Shown: positions 17,119-25,882, counted from the stretch's first letter. The stretch is 26,878 nt of DNA from Promethearchaeota archaeon (GCA_048939465.1 JBHLPL010000012.1:1-26878); one strand, 5' to 3'. Notes: generated by a model from the sequence alone, not told the origin. Numbers and translations: made by a program.

Positions 17119-18051
17119 CTAAAGCTTGATTGAAGAAGCTATCAGATCACATTCGTTAATTCTCTCTTCTTTCAGTTTTTCCCGATAAAGGGAGACTACT
17201 GTATGTTTTGGTGTTACAGCAAAGACCACTCCGCGTTTTGCGTAACCTATCTCATCGAATCCTTGGGTTCTCATTAGATTATCAAGTCTATTATTCATCT
17301 CTTCCAAGTTTGCGCCTCCATATGGAGGGGGTTCCAAAACTATCTGTCTCTGAGGAAAGACGTTATACGTCGAAATGGCCAATACATCGTGATTCACATC
17401 ATGTCTAATCCAGAACTTGAGTGTATTCCCCCAACTGTGAATGTGATGCACAACCAGAACTGCATTCAAACCTTCAATCAGTGATAGAAAAATGCCAAGC
17501 CCCTCCTCATAGGTTGCCTTACCGAGCCTTTCAAGTATGTCTCTTCCTGCACCTATTACGTTTTCAATCCCTACCCCCTTCTTCTTCAGCTCATCCTCCA
17601 AAAGATGAGGCAATACTTCACTGTCGACTATTCCTCCTTGATTTACGGTTTTGAATTGGTGTCCTTGCTTTGAAAGCAGACTGTAGCGTTGCTCATAGTC
17701 ATTGACTGCACCATTGTGTACCACGTAGATTGAATTATTGCAATCTGAATAGGGATGCACGAATCTCTCTTCTACCGGTACGATGATATCGGAAAATCGT
17801 GTATGGCCAATCAGAATTTCTTCGCCACGCCAACCAGCATCTTGAGCTTTTTCGAAAGCGTCTCTGGCAAAAGAGCTACTCCTAATACGAGATAATCTAT
17901 GATCTAAAAGACGCATCAACCCTGTTCCAGAACCACCCATATTGCCAAGAAGTCTAAAGGCATTTCTCCCGCCGACGTATTCTTCGAGGATTTCAAGTAT
18001 TGAAATCGTTAAATCCAAGTTTCCTGGGATTGTACATATTATGCCGCACAT
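17119..18051 (-). CDS. Stand-alone class II glutamine amidotransferase (Ntn-hydrolase) domain protein
   Basis: N-terminal MCGI (nucleophile Cys), IGHTRF, VHNG, VDSE; no SIS, PRTase or synthetase domain recognisable. Confidence 0.85.
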   Translation of the reverse strand: MCGIICTIPGNLDLTISILEILEEYVGGRNAFRLLGNMGGSGTGLMRLLDHRLSRIRSSSFARDAFEKAQDAGWRGEEILIGHTRFSDIIVPVEERFVHPYSDCNNSIYVVHNGAVNDYEQRYSLLSKQGHQFKTVNQGGIVDSEVLPHLLEDELKKKGVGIENVIGAGRDILERLGKATYEEGLGIFLSLIEGLNAVLVVHHIHSWGNTLKFWIRHDVNHDVLAISTYNVFPQRQIVLEPPPYGGANLEEMNNRLDNLMRTQGFDEIGYAKRGVVFAVTPKHTVVSLYREKLKEERINECDLIASSIKL

Positions 18052-18119
18052 AATTCTCTCCCTTAGTTTCTGGAATTAATATGACCGTCGAACCTGGACG
18101 ACTGATTTCTATACCGGCA

Positions 18120-20024
18120 CTAATAGAACTCAAAAGGGGAAACATAATCCCCGTGTTTCTTTCTTACAGCCAACAGTCTCCGTCTTTGCTCTTTCAGCAA
18201 TCTAAATACCTCTATGGGTGTGTAGAGAGTATCAGTCGTGTATGTTTTCATTAACCTATCACTCTTCGCTAGATTTTCTGGGACTCTCAGTGTGAATTGC
18301 TTAATATAGTCTTCTTTTGAGTAGTTCTTGTCAAGGACTTCTTTGAATAACCTCTTAAGGTCTTCATGTTTTGGTATAAGTCCTGTTGGTGTCTTTGCTG
18401 CTTCAATCTCCTTATGAGATCTTAATTCCATCCATTTGAGCCAGACTGCTTTGTCAATTTTATCATTTACGAAATTCCCTTCAGAGTCTCTCAAGAAATA
18501 ATTCACAGAGAAAATCGGAGGAGGCTTATTTAGCATAGTACCGAATTCAAGATGCTTTTCAATATATCTTTCCAGCGTTATCGATAAGAAATCTAGGTTG
18601 GACATTGGATTAAACATTCTTACGCCCACCCTTCCTAAACTGGCCGGCGTGGTTTCGGACTCCAGAGACGCACCCTTTGTGATTACGCCATGAATCCAAT
18701 CAAAAGCCTCCTCAACAGGGACCCATGTGTCTGGGTCTCTGCCACCATATATTATTCCGCCTATCTTGACGCCTTCAGGGTCGTTTAATCTTGGATCTGC
18801 ATTTTCCAGGAGTTTCATATCAACAGTAAACCGAGCATTCTTATGAGCAGGAGGTATTTCATTCCCCTCAGCATCTTTTTTTCCTAAAGTCCACTCTCCG
18901 GAGTGATTGATTCCTCTTTCTGGGACTTTGCCATCTTTTCCAATCCAGTAGACACTCCCGGTTTCATTAACTAAGATATTCGAAAATATAATCTCACCTG
19001 TTGAATTTAGCACTCTCCATAATATTGGATCGTCTTCCGAGTTAATACCCTGTATTATTCCAAATATCCCTTTCTCAACATTAGCTGCTCTTAATTCACC
19101 GTCTTTCTCTCTAAGATACGCAATATCATCTCCGATTATGCTTTCGCCTTCCACCATTGAAGTAGATGTCTTTCCGCACAAGGAAGGAAATGCACCCGCA
19201 AAGTAAGTTACTCTTCCATAAGGACCGTGAACACCCATTATGAACATGTGCTCAGCCAGCCAGCCTTCCTTTGATGCCTTGTTTATCGCCAATCTTAGCG
19301 CCAACTTCTTAAGTCCGATAGTATTCCCGCCATATTGGGTATTCGCACTATATACTGTGTCATCTTGGAGATCAATGTATATTCTGCGCTTTTCAACGTC
19401 TTTACTTACGTTGTTTTCAAGTCTCCCTTCTGAATGTATAAACTTAAAGAAGCGAGCACCTCTTCCTAGTCTTATGAATTCATCATATCCTGGCCTATAA
19501 AGCAAGTACTCACTGTGAGCCACGTAGCTGGAATCGGTAAGTTGGACGCACGGTATGGAGAATTTGGAGTTCATGGGACCTAACGTAAAGAATAGTATGT
19601 AGAGCTTGTGTCCCTTCATAATGTTCTTCAAGATAGTGTGTATCTCTTTAAGTCCCTGCTTCCTATCCATCCAGTTTATGCCAGGGCCCAAATACTCCTC
19701 TTCATCTAGAAGAAATTTCGTCTGTTCCTTGTCCCTGGCTTGATCGTAATAACCATCAAAGTGAGCGGTATGTCCCTCCGTAGCAAGTACCATCTCCTCC
19801 CCTGTTCTTGCAGCCTCTTCTCGAATGTACTGCGTGTCTTCCGGGGAATCTGAAGAAACAAAGGCGCTATCTGGATTACAATGTTTCAAATACTTCGAAA
19901 TAAGTCTGTCAAGTTCTGGATTATTTATTGCCTTGAGCCTCTTATAGTGCTCGTCACTCAGCCTAGTTCTAAGTATGTTGTGTGCTCCGCCTATTTCCTG
20001 TTCCTCTTCAGGCAAATAAACCAC
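18120..20024 (-). CDS. pckG: Phosphoenolpyruvate carboxykinase (GTP), archaeal type
   Basis: YGGNTIGLKK, WLAEHM, FPSLCGKTS, IGDDIA, HKNARFT, IIYGGRD, FNPMSNLDF. Confidence 0.97.
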   Translation of the reverse strand: MVYLPEEEQEIGGAHNILRTRLSDEHYKRLKAINNPELDRLISKYLKHCNPDSAFVSSDSPEDTQYIREEAARTGEEMVLATEGHTAHFDGYYDQARDKEQTKFLLDEEEYLGPGINWMDRKQGLKEIHTILKNIMKGHKLYILFFTLGPMNSKFSIPCVQLTDSSYVAHSEYLLYRPGYDEFIRLGRGARFFKFIHSEGRLENNVSKDVEKRRIYIDLQDDTVYSANTQYGGNTIGLKKLALRLAINKASKEGWLAEHMFIMGVHGPYGRVTYFAGAFPSLCGKTSTSMVEGESIIGDDIAYLREKDGELRAANVEKGIFGIIQGINSEDDPILWRVLNSTGEIIFSNILVNETGSVYWIGKDGKVPERGINHSGEWTLGKKDAEGNEIPPAHKNARFTVDMKLLENADPRLNDPEGVKIGGIIYGGRDPDTWVPVEEAFDWIHGVITKGASLESETTPASLGRVGVRMFNPMSNLDFLSITLERYIEKHLEFGTMLNKPPPIFSVNYFLRDSEGNFVNDKIDKAVWLKWMELRSHKEIEAAKTPTGLIPKHEDLKRLFKEVLDKNYSKEDYIKQFTLRVPENLAKSDRLMKTYTTDTLYTPIEVFRLLKEQRRRLLAVRKKHGDYVSPFEFY

Positions 20025-20142
20025 CTAGAGCGTAATTACCATTATCTGCCCATGCAATATTTATAAGATTTGTCGAAAGAACCAGTCGAAACGATAAACA
20101 TTAAAAGTCCGTTGCGCATAGTCAGTTTTGGAGGGCAAAATA

Positions 20143-20694
20143 ATGCAAATAATGGAATTCTTCATGTCTCTTGCAGATTTCAAAGGGCCAATCTTGATTA
20201 TTGCAGGTCTCATTTCTGCGATCAGTATATTTCAATGGCTGGCTGGACGTGATAAGGAAGAAGAATGGAAAACAACAATAAAATTGGCTGCCTTCATAGG
20301 CTTTTTTGTAGGGATAATATCCTTGATCGTTGGCGGGACCGTATGGAGTATGGGAGTTGCGGACTGGATAACGATTGCGCTTTTCATAATAGTCGGGTTG
20401 GCTTTGTGTTTGGGCCCGATTAAGAAACTGCCTCTGGCCGGGATAGCTGCACTAGCTATAGGCAGTTTGGTTGCTGCTTTCGTTTCAGGATTCTTTGGTT
20501 CAATTAAGATCGTGGCAGCTGTCTTCGTAATTATCTTCATATTAGTATTCGTATTTGCCAAAGCAATTGAAACCATATTGGATGGCATTGGTACCGTACT
20601 GAGCTTCCCGCTAGTATCAATTCCCTTAGGTCTGATCTGCATTGTTCAGGGAGTACTGCTACTCTTAGGGACTTCACTGGCTGCGCTCTTTTAA
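20143..20694 (+). CDS. Hypothetical polytopic membrane protein (about 6 TM); start probably ATG 20143
   Basis: Almost entirely hydrophobic helices; GGAGG SD precedes ATG 20143 (the track begins at TTG 20128). Confidence 0.85.
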   Translation: MQIMEFFMSLADFKGPILIIAGLISAISIFQWLAGRDKEEEWKTTIKLAAFIGFFVGIISLIVGGTVWSMGVADWITIALFIIVGLALCLGPIKKLPLAGIAALAIGSLVAAFVSGFFGSIKIVAAVFVIIFILVFVFAKAIETILDGIGTVLSFPLVSIPLGLICIVQGVLLLLGTSLAALF

Positions 20695-20920
20695 ATACAC
20701 TCTTTCTCTATTTCTTTAGCTTCTCTATTTCACGCAGACCCAAGCAATAGGATTTCTTCTCATTTCTGGATTTATATTGCCGAAAGCTTTAATGATAATT
20801 CAATCACTGAGAGTATCGCAACCTAAAGTCGAATGATACTAAAAAAGCTTAAATTACCATTCGCAATAAGTATATATTGGGTACTTGAGCTGAAACATAT
20901 GTGACTAACTATTAGCCGTA

Positions 20921-22408
20921 TTGAGAAGACCGCAAAAGAGGTATTCACTGTTGTTAGACGGACTCCAGAAGAGCAGTTTGGAGAAAACGGGAATTGATTT
21001 GCTAGACAATATGTTAGAAGGTGGTCTTCCCTCTTCAACTGCGATAGTGGTCGTAGGGGAGTCAGGAGTCGGAAAGTCTATAATGTGTCAGAAATTCCTT
21101 CATGAGGGACTGAAGAACGGTGATGGGGCGATATACGTAGCTTTGAGTGAATCCTCAAATACGATCGCCTCCACGATGAAACGTATGGGATGGGATATAA
21201 CCAATTATCTGGAAAATGAGCAGTTGATGTTTATCGAAAGTTACCCCTCGAAAACTCTCTTTGTTGAAGGCAATTACTTTGACCCAAGAAATCTCTCTCT
21301 CCTAAACCTGAAGATTGCTTCCGCATTTAGCTATATGAGAAAGTATGACAAAGTGCGTCTTGTGATAGATTCATTGTCCGATCTAATTGAGTATGACAGA
21401 GAAGGTAGATATATTGGGAATTTCCTCGATGAACTCATAGCAAATATTCATTTGGACAATGTCTCTTGTCTATGCACACTAACGCCCGAAGTCCAACCGG
21501 AGGAAGTGAGAGAACAAGTCCAAAGCGGCTTCGACGGTGAGATTGAGTTTAGGTTCACTGAGGTTGCAGGAAGCTACCAAAGGCAGGTTAGAGTAAAGAG
21601 AGTGAGAGATGAATATCGTAATTCAAAGTGGACAAGCTTTGCATTGACAAACAATGAGGGAATGGTTCCTCTGTCGGCGACGGGAGAAGGAAGCGAGCCA
21701 GAAATACTTGCTCTTGCGCCGCAAATATACGATGTTTACATAATCGACAGAAACGGCTATTGCTTATTTAATGCGAAAACCAAAGATGCTGAATATGAAG
21801 TGGACGTAGTCTCTGCTTTTTTGACTGCTGTATCAACCTTTGCAAAGCAGATGCTACCTAGCGAAGGCGAATTATCAGGAATCCGGAAGGGAAATCTACA
21901 GATACTGTGCGAATGGGGACAAAATATCTGTGTTACCGTAGTATGTACAAACGATACTGCAGAAGATGAAGTAAGATACAAGATGAGAATTCTCGCAGAT
22001 ACGTTTGAAGTGAGATTTAATCATTTACTTGAGTATTGGGACGGAGACCTCTCTGTGTTCAAACCAGTGGAGCGATTGGTAAGAAGATACTTCGGCTCAC
22101 ACCTCTCCCGGATAGATGATGGTGATGCTACTGAACCTCGAACACAACTATACTCCATCGATGATCTCGGCTCAAAAGCATATTGGGATTACTACAGGGA
22201 TTCGAAGGGCTTTGGACTATTTAGGAGAAAAAACCAAATTCCAATTAATGAAGTTGACAAGCTAATTGACTTAATATCTGCAGAGAGGCTGAGTGTTGAT
22301 GAATTGGAGAGAGCCATTGAAAAGGGTAGAATAAAATTAACAAAAGAACTAGCTATGAGGGCATTGATGAATCTGCATAGGAGAGAGATCATTTATTTGA
22401 TATCTTAA
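20921..22408 (+). CDS. KaiC/RAD55-like RecA-fold ATPase fused to a longin-type domain and a probable C-terminal winged helix
   Basis: KTGIDLLDNMLEGGLP, Walker A GESGVGKS, Walker B LVIDS. Then IYDVYIIDRNGYCLF...VSAFLTAVSTFAKQ...FEVRF...WDGDLSVF, the typical Asgard longin pattern. Start uncertain (TTG). Confidence 0.9.
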   Translation: MRRPQKRYSLLLDGLQKSSLEKTGIDLLDNMLEGGLPSSTAIVVVGESGVGKSIMCQKFLHEGLKNGDGAIYVALSESSNTIASTMKRMGWDITNYLENEQLMFIESYPSKTLFVEGNYFDPRNLSLLNLKIASAFSYMRKYDKVRLVIDSLSDLIEYDREGRYIGNFLDELIANIHLDNVSCLCTLTPEVQPEEVREQVQSGFDGEIEFRFTEVAGSYQRQVRVKRVRDEYRNSKWTSFALTNNEGMVPLSATGEGSEPEILALAPQIYDVYIIDRNGYCLFNAKTKDAEYEVDVVSAFLTAVSTFAKQMLPSEGELSGIRKGNLQILCEWGQNICVTVVCTNDTAEDEVRYKMRILADTFEVRFNHLLEYWDGDLSVFKPVERLVRRYFGSHLSRIDDGDATEPRTQLYSIDDLGSKAYWDYYRDSKGFGLFRRKNQIPINEVDKLIDLISAERLSVDELERAIEKGRIKLTKELAMRALMNLHRREIIYLIS

Positions 22409-22428
22409 TTTTGTAATCTGAAAAATAG

Positions 22429-23448
22429 GTGGGGTCGATGGCAAAAAGTATCAGAAACACCATTCTAAAGTTGAAAGTCATGGGAAAGGCTCTCTTCTCT
22501 GACATAAGATCCTTAGATAAAGGAACCCGTCAGCTGAGCGAGAGATTACTGACACAGATCGCCATAAAGGAAGGCTATCCGAGCCTGCTTATGAGCCCAC
22601 TAACACTCGAACAGATTATCGAACAGATGAGATACAAGAATACAGACCTTGCTGCTGATTTTATGAAGGTCCTAGTTGAAATTGGTGTAATTCGAGAGAA
22701 TGGTGGAGTATATGTATGGAAAGGAAAGAAGATTAAGATAGGAAAACATGAGCGAAGACTGCAGAAAATAGGGTTAGCTTTTGCCAGAATCTCGGAGGTA
22801 TTCTCCACATATATGCCATATGCATTACGAGGACACGGAAAAACACGCGAGTTTACTAGAGAGCTGCTACTTGCTATTTGGGATAGTTTATATTCAAGTG
22901 AATTCTACAAATTTGCAAGAGGACTTGTGATCGACTGGGCAAGACTCCCTAAGTATCAAACGATCCTTGACATAGGGTGTGGTACTGGCTGGAGCACAAT
23001 TAACATAATACAAAAGACCAATGCTGAAAAGGTATTTGCAGTAGATCGTTCACAGAAAGCAATTGATATTGCGAAAGAGAACATCAACATCACAGGATAC
23101 GATGACAGAGTTGAGTTCATCGTTTGTAATATTTCGAAGAAGCCTCCTACTGAAAAAGAGGTAGACGGTGCATTCTCTTCATTGTTTTTCCACTGGCTCA
23201 ATCGAGACGAGATTGTCCAGGCCCTTAAAAATATTAGAGCCTCATTGAAGCCTGGAGCTATTTTCTGTGGATTACAGCCCTTAAACAAGAGAACTGATAG
23301 AATGGCTTATTTTGATGTTTTGTTTCGTGCCTCCATTGACTTTAAAGGGTATCCTCAGAGGGATTTCTTTATTGAAGCCTTCAAAAATTCCAATTTCGAA
23401 GATCTGAGTATATGGTCGAACGGAATTTTTTCATGCAAGGCAATCTAA
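22429..23448 (+). CDS. Class I SAM-dependent methyltransferase with N-terminal helical/wHTH domain; start possibly ATG 22438
   Basis: ILDIGCGTG, FAVDRS, FFHW, LKPGA; 20 nt downstream of the KaiC-longin gene. Confidence 0.9.
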   Translation: MGSMAKSIRNTILKLKVMGKALFSDIRSLDKGTRQLSERLLTQIAIKEGYPSLLMSPLTLEQIIEQMRYKNTDLAADFMKVLVEIGVIRENGGVYVWKGKKIKIGKHERRLQKIGLAFARISEVFSTYMPYALRGHGKTREFTRELLLAIWDSLYSSEFYKFARGLVIDWARLPKYQTILDIGCGTGWSTINIIQKTNAEKVFAVDRSQKAIDIAKENINITGYDDRVEFIVCNISKKPPTEKEVDGAFSSLFFHWLNRDEIVQALKNIRASLKPGAIFCGLQPLNKRTDRMAYFDVLFRASIDFKGYPQRDFFIEAFKNSNFEDLSIWSNGIFSCKAI

Positions 23449-24749
23449 GAGACCTCCTCACCAACGTTGGAAATTATATGTCTAGTTCTTGCAGAAGGGG
23501 TTTCCTTTATCTTTTCTGTAAATCGGACCTTTAAATCCGCCCCTTTGAAGAGCTCTCCACAAATCCTCTCAACTTTTTCGGCAGTTCTATCGCTGAAATC
23601 CTTACCTTTTACTAAATACACTTCTATTTTATCTCTTTGTGGTTGTATTACTTGATAGTTCTCGAGCTGCAGGATGTCTCCTAATTCTCCAATAACTATT
23701 TGTGGATAAACCAGCTCCCCGGCAGGGAGTCTGATAATATCCTCAGCTCTCCCCTCTATAACATCAATTAAAGGAAATGTTCTGCCACAGCTGCATTCGT
23801 TGCCACCAGCTCTGACGATGTCCCGTGTATCATATCTGATTAGTGGCATCGCCTCTCTCATCAATGGCGTCAGAATAAGCCGCCCTCTCTCACCTTCAGC
23901 TACCGGTTCATTATTTTTGTCTACCACTTCCATGATAGCTGTGTCGATATTCGTATGAAGTCCCATATGTTCAGAACATTCATATCCAAAAACATTAATC
24001 TCGGTTATTCCGTATGCATCAAAGACTTCAGCATTCAATGATTCTTCAATTCCTCTTCTTATTTTATCATTAAGAATCTCAGAGCCTGTCACTACCGTTC
24101 TAAGATGCGGGAATTCCAAATCATGGTCGGCCATGTACTGTCCTATTGAATATGCCACTGATGGATATACACTTAGTAATGTGGGATCGTATTTCAGAAG
24201 CTCTTCAACTATTTCGGGCAAGGGCTTTTTTATTGAAATCATCTTTACTTTGGCAAGGAGTTTGACGATTCCGCCAAAGAGCGTTTTTACCAAGGTCGCT
24301 CCAATAAAAGGCCCAATCATGAGCAATTGAGCTACCCTATCTTTCAAAGTTCTAAGACCTGCTGCTTCTGACACTCTTGAAGCTGTTGCTGCAACAATCG
24401 CTATGTCGTTTTCTGTGAAAAAGATCTCTACGGGCTCCCCAGTACTTCCTGAAGTGGTTACTCTGATTAATTTCGTATCTTTGACTTCTTTTGAAATCAT
24501 ATTGTTATACCTTAACGTACTTTTCTTGGTCAGAGGCAGTTTTCGTAAATCCTCTTTCGTGTTTATGTCATCTGGCTTGAGGCCAAGTGAGTCGAATAAT
24601 CGATGATAGTATTCAGTGTTTTCGTAGGCTATATGAACCTCTTTTTTCAATTCCTTCAACTGCAGTTTCTCGAGTTCATCCATTTTCTTGTACGGGTTTT
24701 TTCTCAACTTGCGCCTTGCTCTAAGAAGTTTGTATAACATGCCCCCCAC
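23445..24749 (-). CDS. Phenylacetate-CoA ligase-family (PaaK-like) adenylate-forming enzyme
   Basis: TTSGSTGEP P-loop, DAYGITE, RYDTRD, CSCGRTFP, EGRAED. The substrate cannot be inferred. Confidence 0.9.
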   Translation of the reverse strand: MGGMLYKLLRARRKLRKNPYKKMDELEKLQLKELKKEVHIAYENTEYYHRLFDSLGLKPDDINTKEDLRKLPLTKKSTLRYNNMISKEVKDTKLIRVTTSGSTGEPVEIFFTENDIAIVAATASRVSEAAGLRTLKDRVAQLLMIGPFIGATLVKTLFGGIVKLLAKVKMISIKKPLPEIVEELLKYDPTLLSVYPSVAYSIGQYMADHDLEFPHLRTVVTGSEILNDKIRRGIEESLNAEVFDAYGITEINVFGYECSEHMGLHTNIDTAIMEVVDKNNEPVAEGERGRLILTPLMREAMPLIRYDTRDIVRAGGNECSCGRTFPLIDVIEGRAEDIIRLPAGELVYPQIVIGELGDILQLENYQVIQPQRDKIEVYLVKGKDFSDRTAEKVERICGELFKGADLKVRFTEKIKETPSARTRHIISNVGEEVS

Positions 24750-24877
24750 CTTCTTCTCTTTTCACCTATTATGTTTTCTAGTGATATAAAAGCTCTAGTA
24801 CGATTTGTTGTATTCTCTGCTTAACTAAGCAAAGGGTTTTTTATAAAAACAAAGACATACTTTCTATCTGAATTCGC

Positions 24878-25350
24878 TTAGGCACAGGCAGCTTCTCCAA
24901 TTCTTGAGATCATGTGCCATCTCCTAGCAGAGGGAGTTTCTGGCATCTTCTCTGTGAAGTCAATATTCACATTTGTGCCCTTAAAAACGTCTCTGCGAAA
25001 TTTCTCAACTTTCTTACCGCCCCCATCAATGAAATATCTACTTCACTGTCCTTCTCTATGGTGCCCATTTGAGGCTTTACGCCTCGATAATTCCTAAGCC
25101 CCTTAATTTCGCCCCACTCACCAGTTGAAGTTCGTGGATGGATGAAACTTCCATCGGGGGCTTAATCGCTTCCTCAACTCGCCCCCCCATGATATCAATT
25201 GAAGGAAAGGTTCTTCCGCAGTTGCATTCATTTCCACCGATTCTGACAATGACGTATGTCAGATCTGATTAACTGCATTGCCTCTCTCGAAGACAGTGTT
25301 AAAATAAGTTTTCTTCTCCCCCCTTCAGATATTGGCCTATGTTAAATATC
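24878..25350 (-). pseudogene. Degraded 3' fragment of a paralogue of the adjacent PaaK-like gene
   Basis: Minus-strand fragments KLILTLSSREAMQLIR, VRIGGNECNCGRTFPSIDIMGGRVEE, PDGSFIHP and KKVEKF...FKGTNVNIDFTEKMPETPSARRWHMISRIGE* are colinear with aa ~295-434 of 23445-24749, with frameshifts and a stop. Confidence 0.85.
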
Positions 25351-25653
25351 GGCTGGAGATCCCGTCCGTAGGGGTGGGGAGGAAAGCCGACCTCCCGCAA
25401 CATTTGAGTTTTTAAATCCTGATGAAGACTAAATATGGGTGGAGCATCAGGAAAGACAATCGTCGTTGCTGTTAAATCGGCTGTGGTGCGGGATCATTCT
25501 CAAGGTCAAGGTCTCAACCTCTTTTCCCAGTCTACCAGGCCCTGAGTCTCTGTAAACAGGCTCTTTCGTCCGGGTGATGAGGTTTTGAGTGGTGCGGTGC
25601 ACTATACTCGGCCTCTGATGGAAAGCTCCCTGCGATAGCTGGGAGTAGTTTAC
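25351..25653 (+). mobile_element. E4: non-autonomous IS200/IS605-derived mini-element (left boundary approximate) abutting the PaaK pseudogene
   Basis: Left hairpin TCCCGTCC-GTAG-GGGTGGGG at 25360-25379, TTTTTAAAT at 25409-25417, right end CTCCCTGC-GATA-GCTGGGAG-TAGTTTAC at 25626-25653. Confidence 0.72.
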
Positions 25654-25669
25654 AGCTCCCCCTCTCGTT
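25440..25669 (+). ncRNA. Candidate omegaRNA-like scaffold plus guide within E4 (boundaries approximate)
   Basis: Hairpin GAGTCT-CTGTAAAC-AGGCTC displays GTAAAC (25552-25557), complementary to terminal GTTTAC, about 101 nt from the end (about 99 in E3). Confidence 0.42.
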
Positions 25670-25882
25670 TCCTTATCTAGATCTAAGCACGGTCTCTATT
25701 TCTGGCCAAGAATGGTTGGAATTGACGAAAAATAGTCAATAAAAATCTTGTGTTTTCAGTAATATAAGCGAAAATGGGCGGGGAAAGAAATGGCTTTGTT
25801 ATTACAGGGGTGAAAGGGGAAGGGGGCCATAAAGAGCTGGTGGATCTCAATTCGATTTGTTTGTAAATGACTCGAGTATCTA

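Noticed and set aside
763-25097. Numerous short antisense or nested ORFs within thiD, ths, gltX, nuoL/M, pckG and others
   Set aside because: Shadow ORFs of well-supported genes, with no independent motifs or SD/promoter support.
25379-25395. GAGGAAAGCCGACCTCC resembles RNase P RNA CR-I; E2 and E3 also have GGAGACTCC and ACAGAA/GGAAACGG-like words
   Set aside because: No complementary CR-V to form P4 and no ordered CR-II to CR-V. The motif overlaps the shared left-end hairpin and is better explained by the element family.
25419-25470. Hammerhead ribozyme (CTGATGA ... GAAA)
   Set aside because: CTGATG is sequestered in an 8-bp stem with CATCAGGA, stem II cannot close next to GAAA, and no UH cleavage triplet follows stem III.
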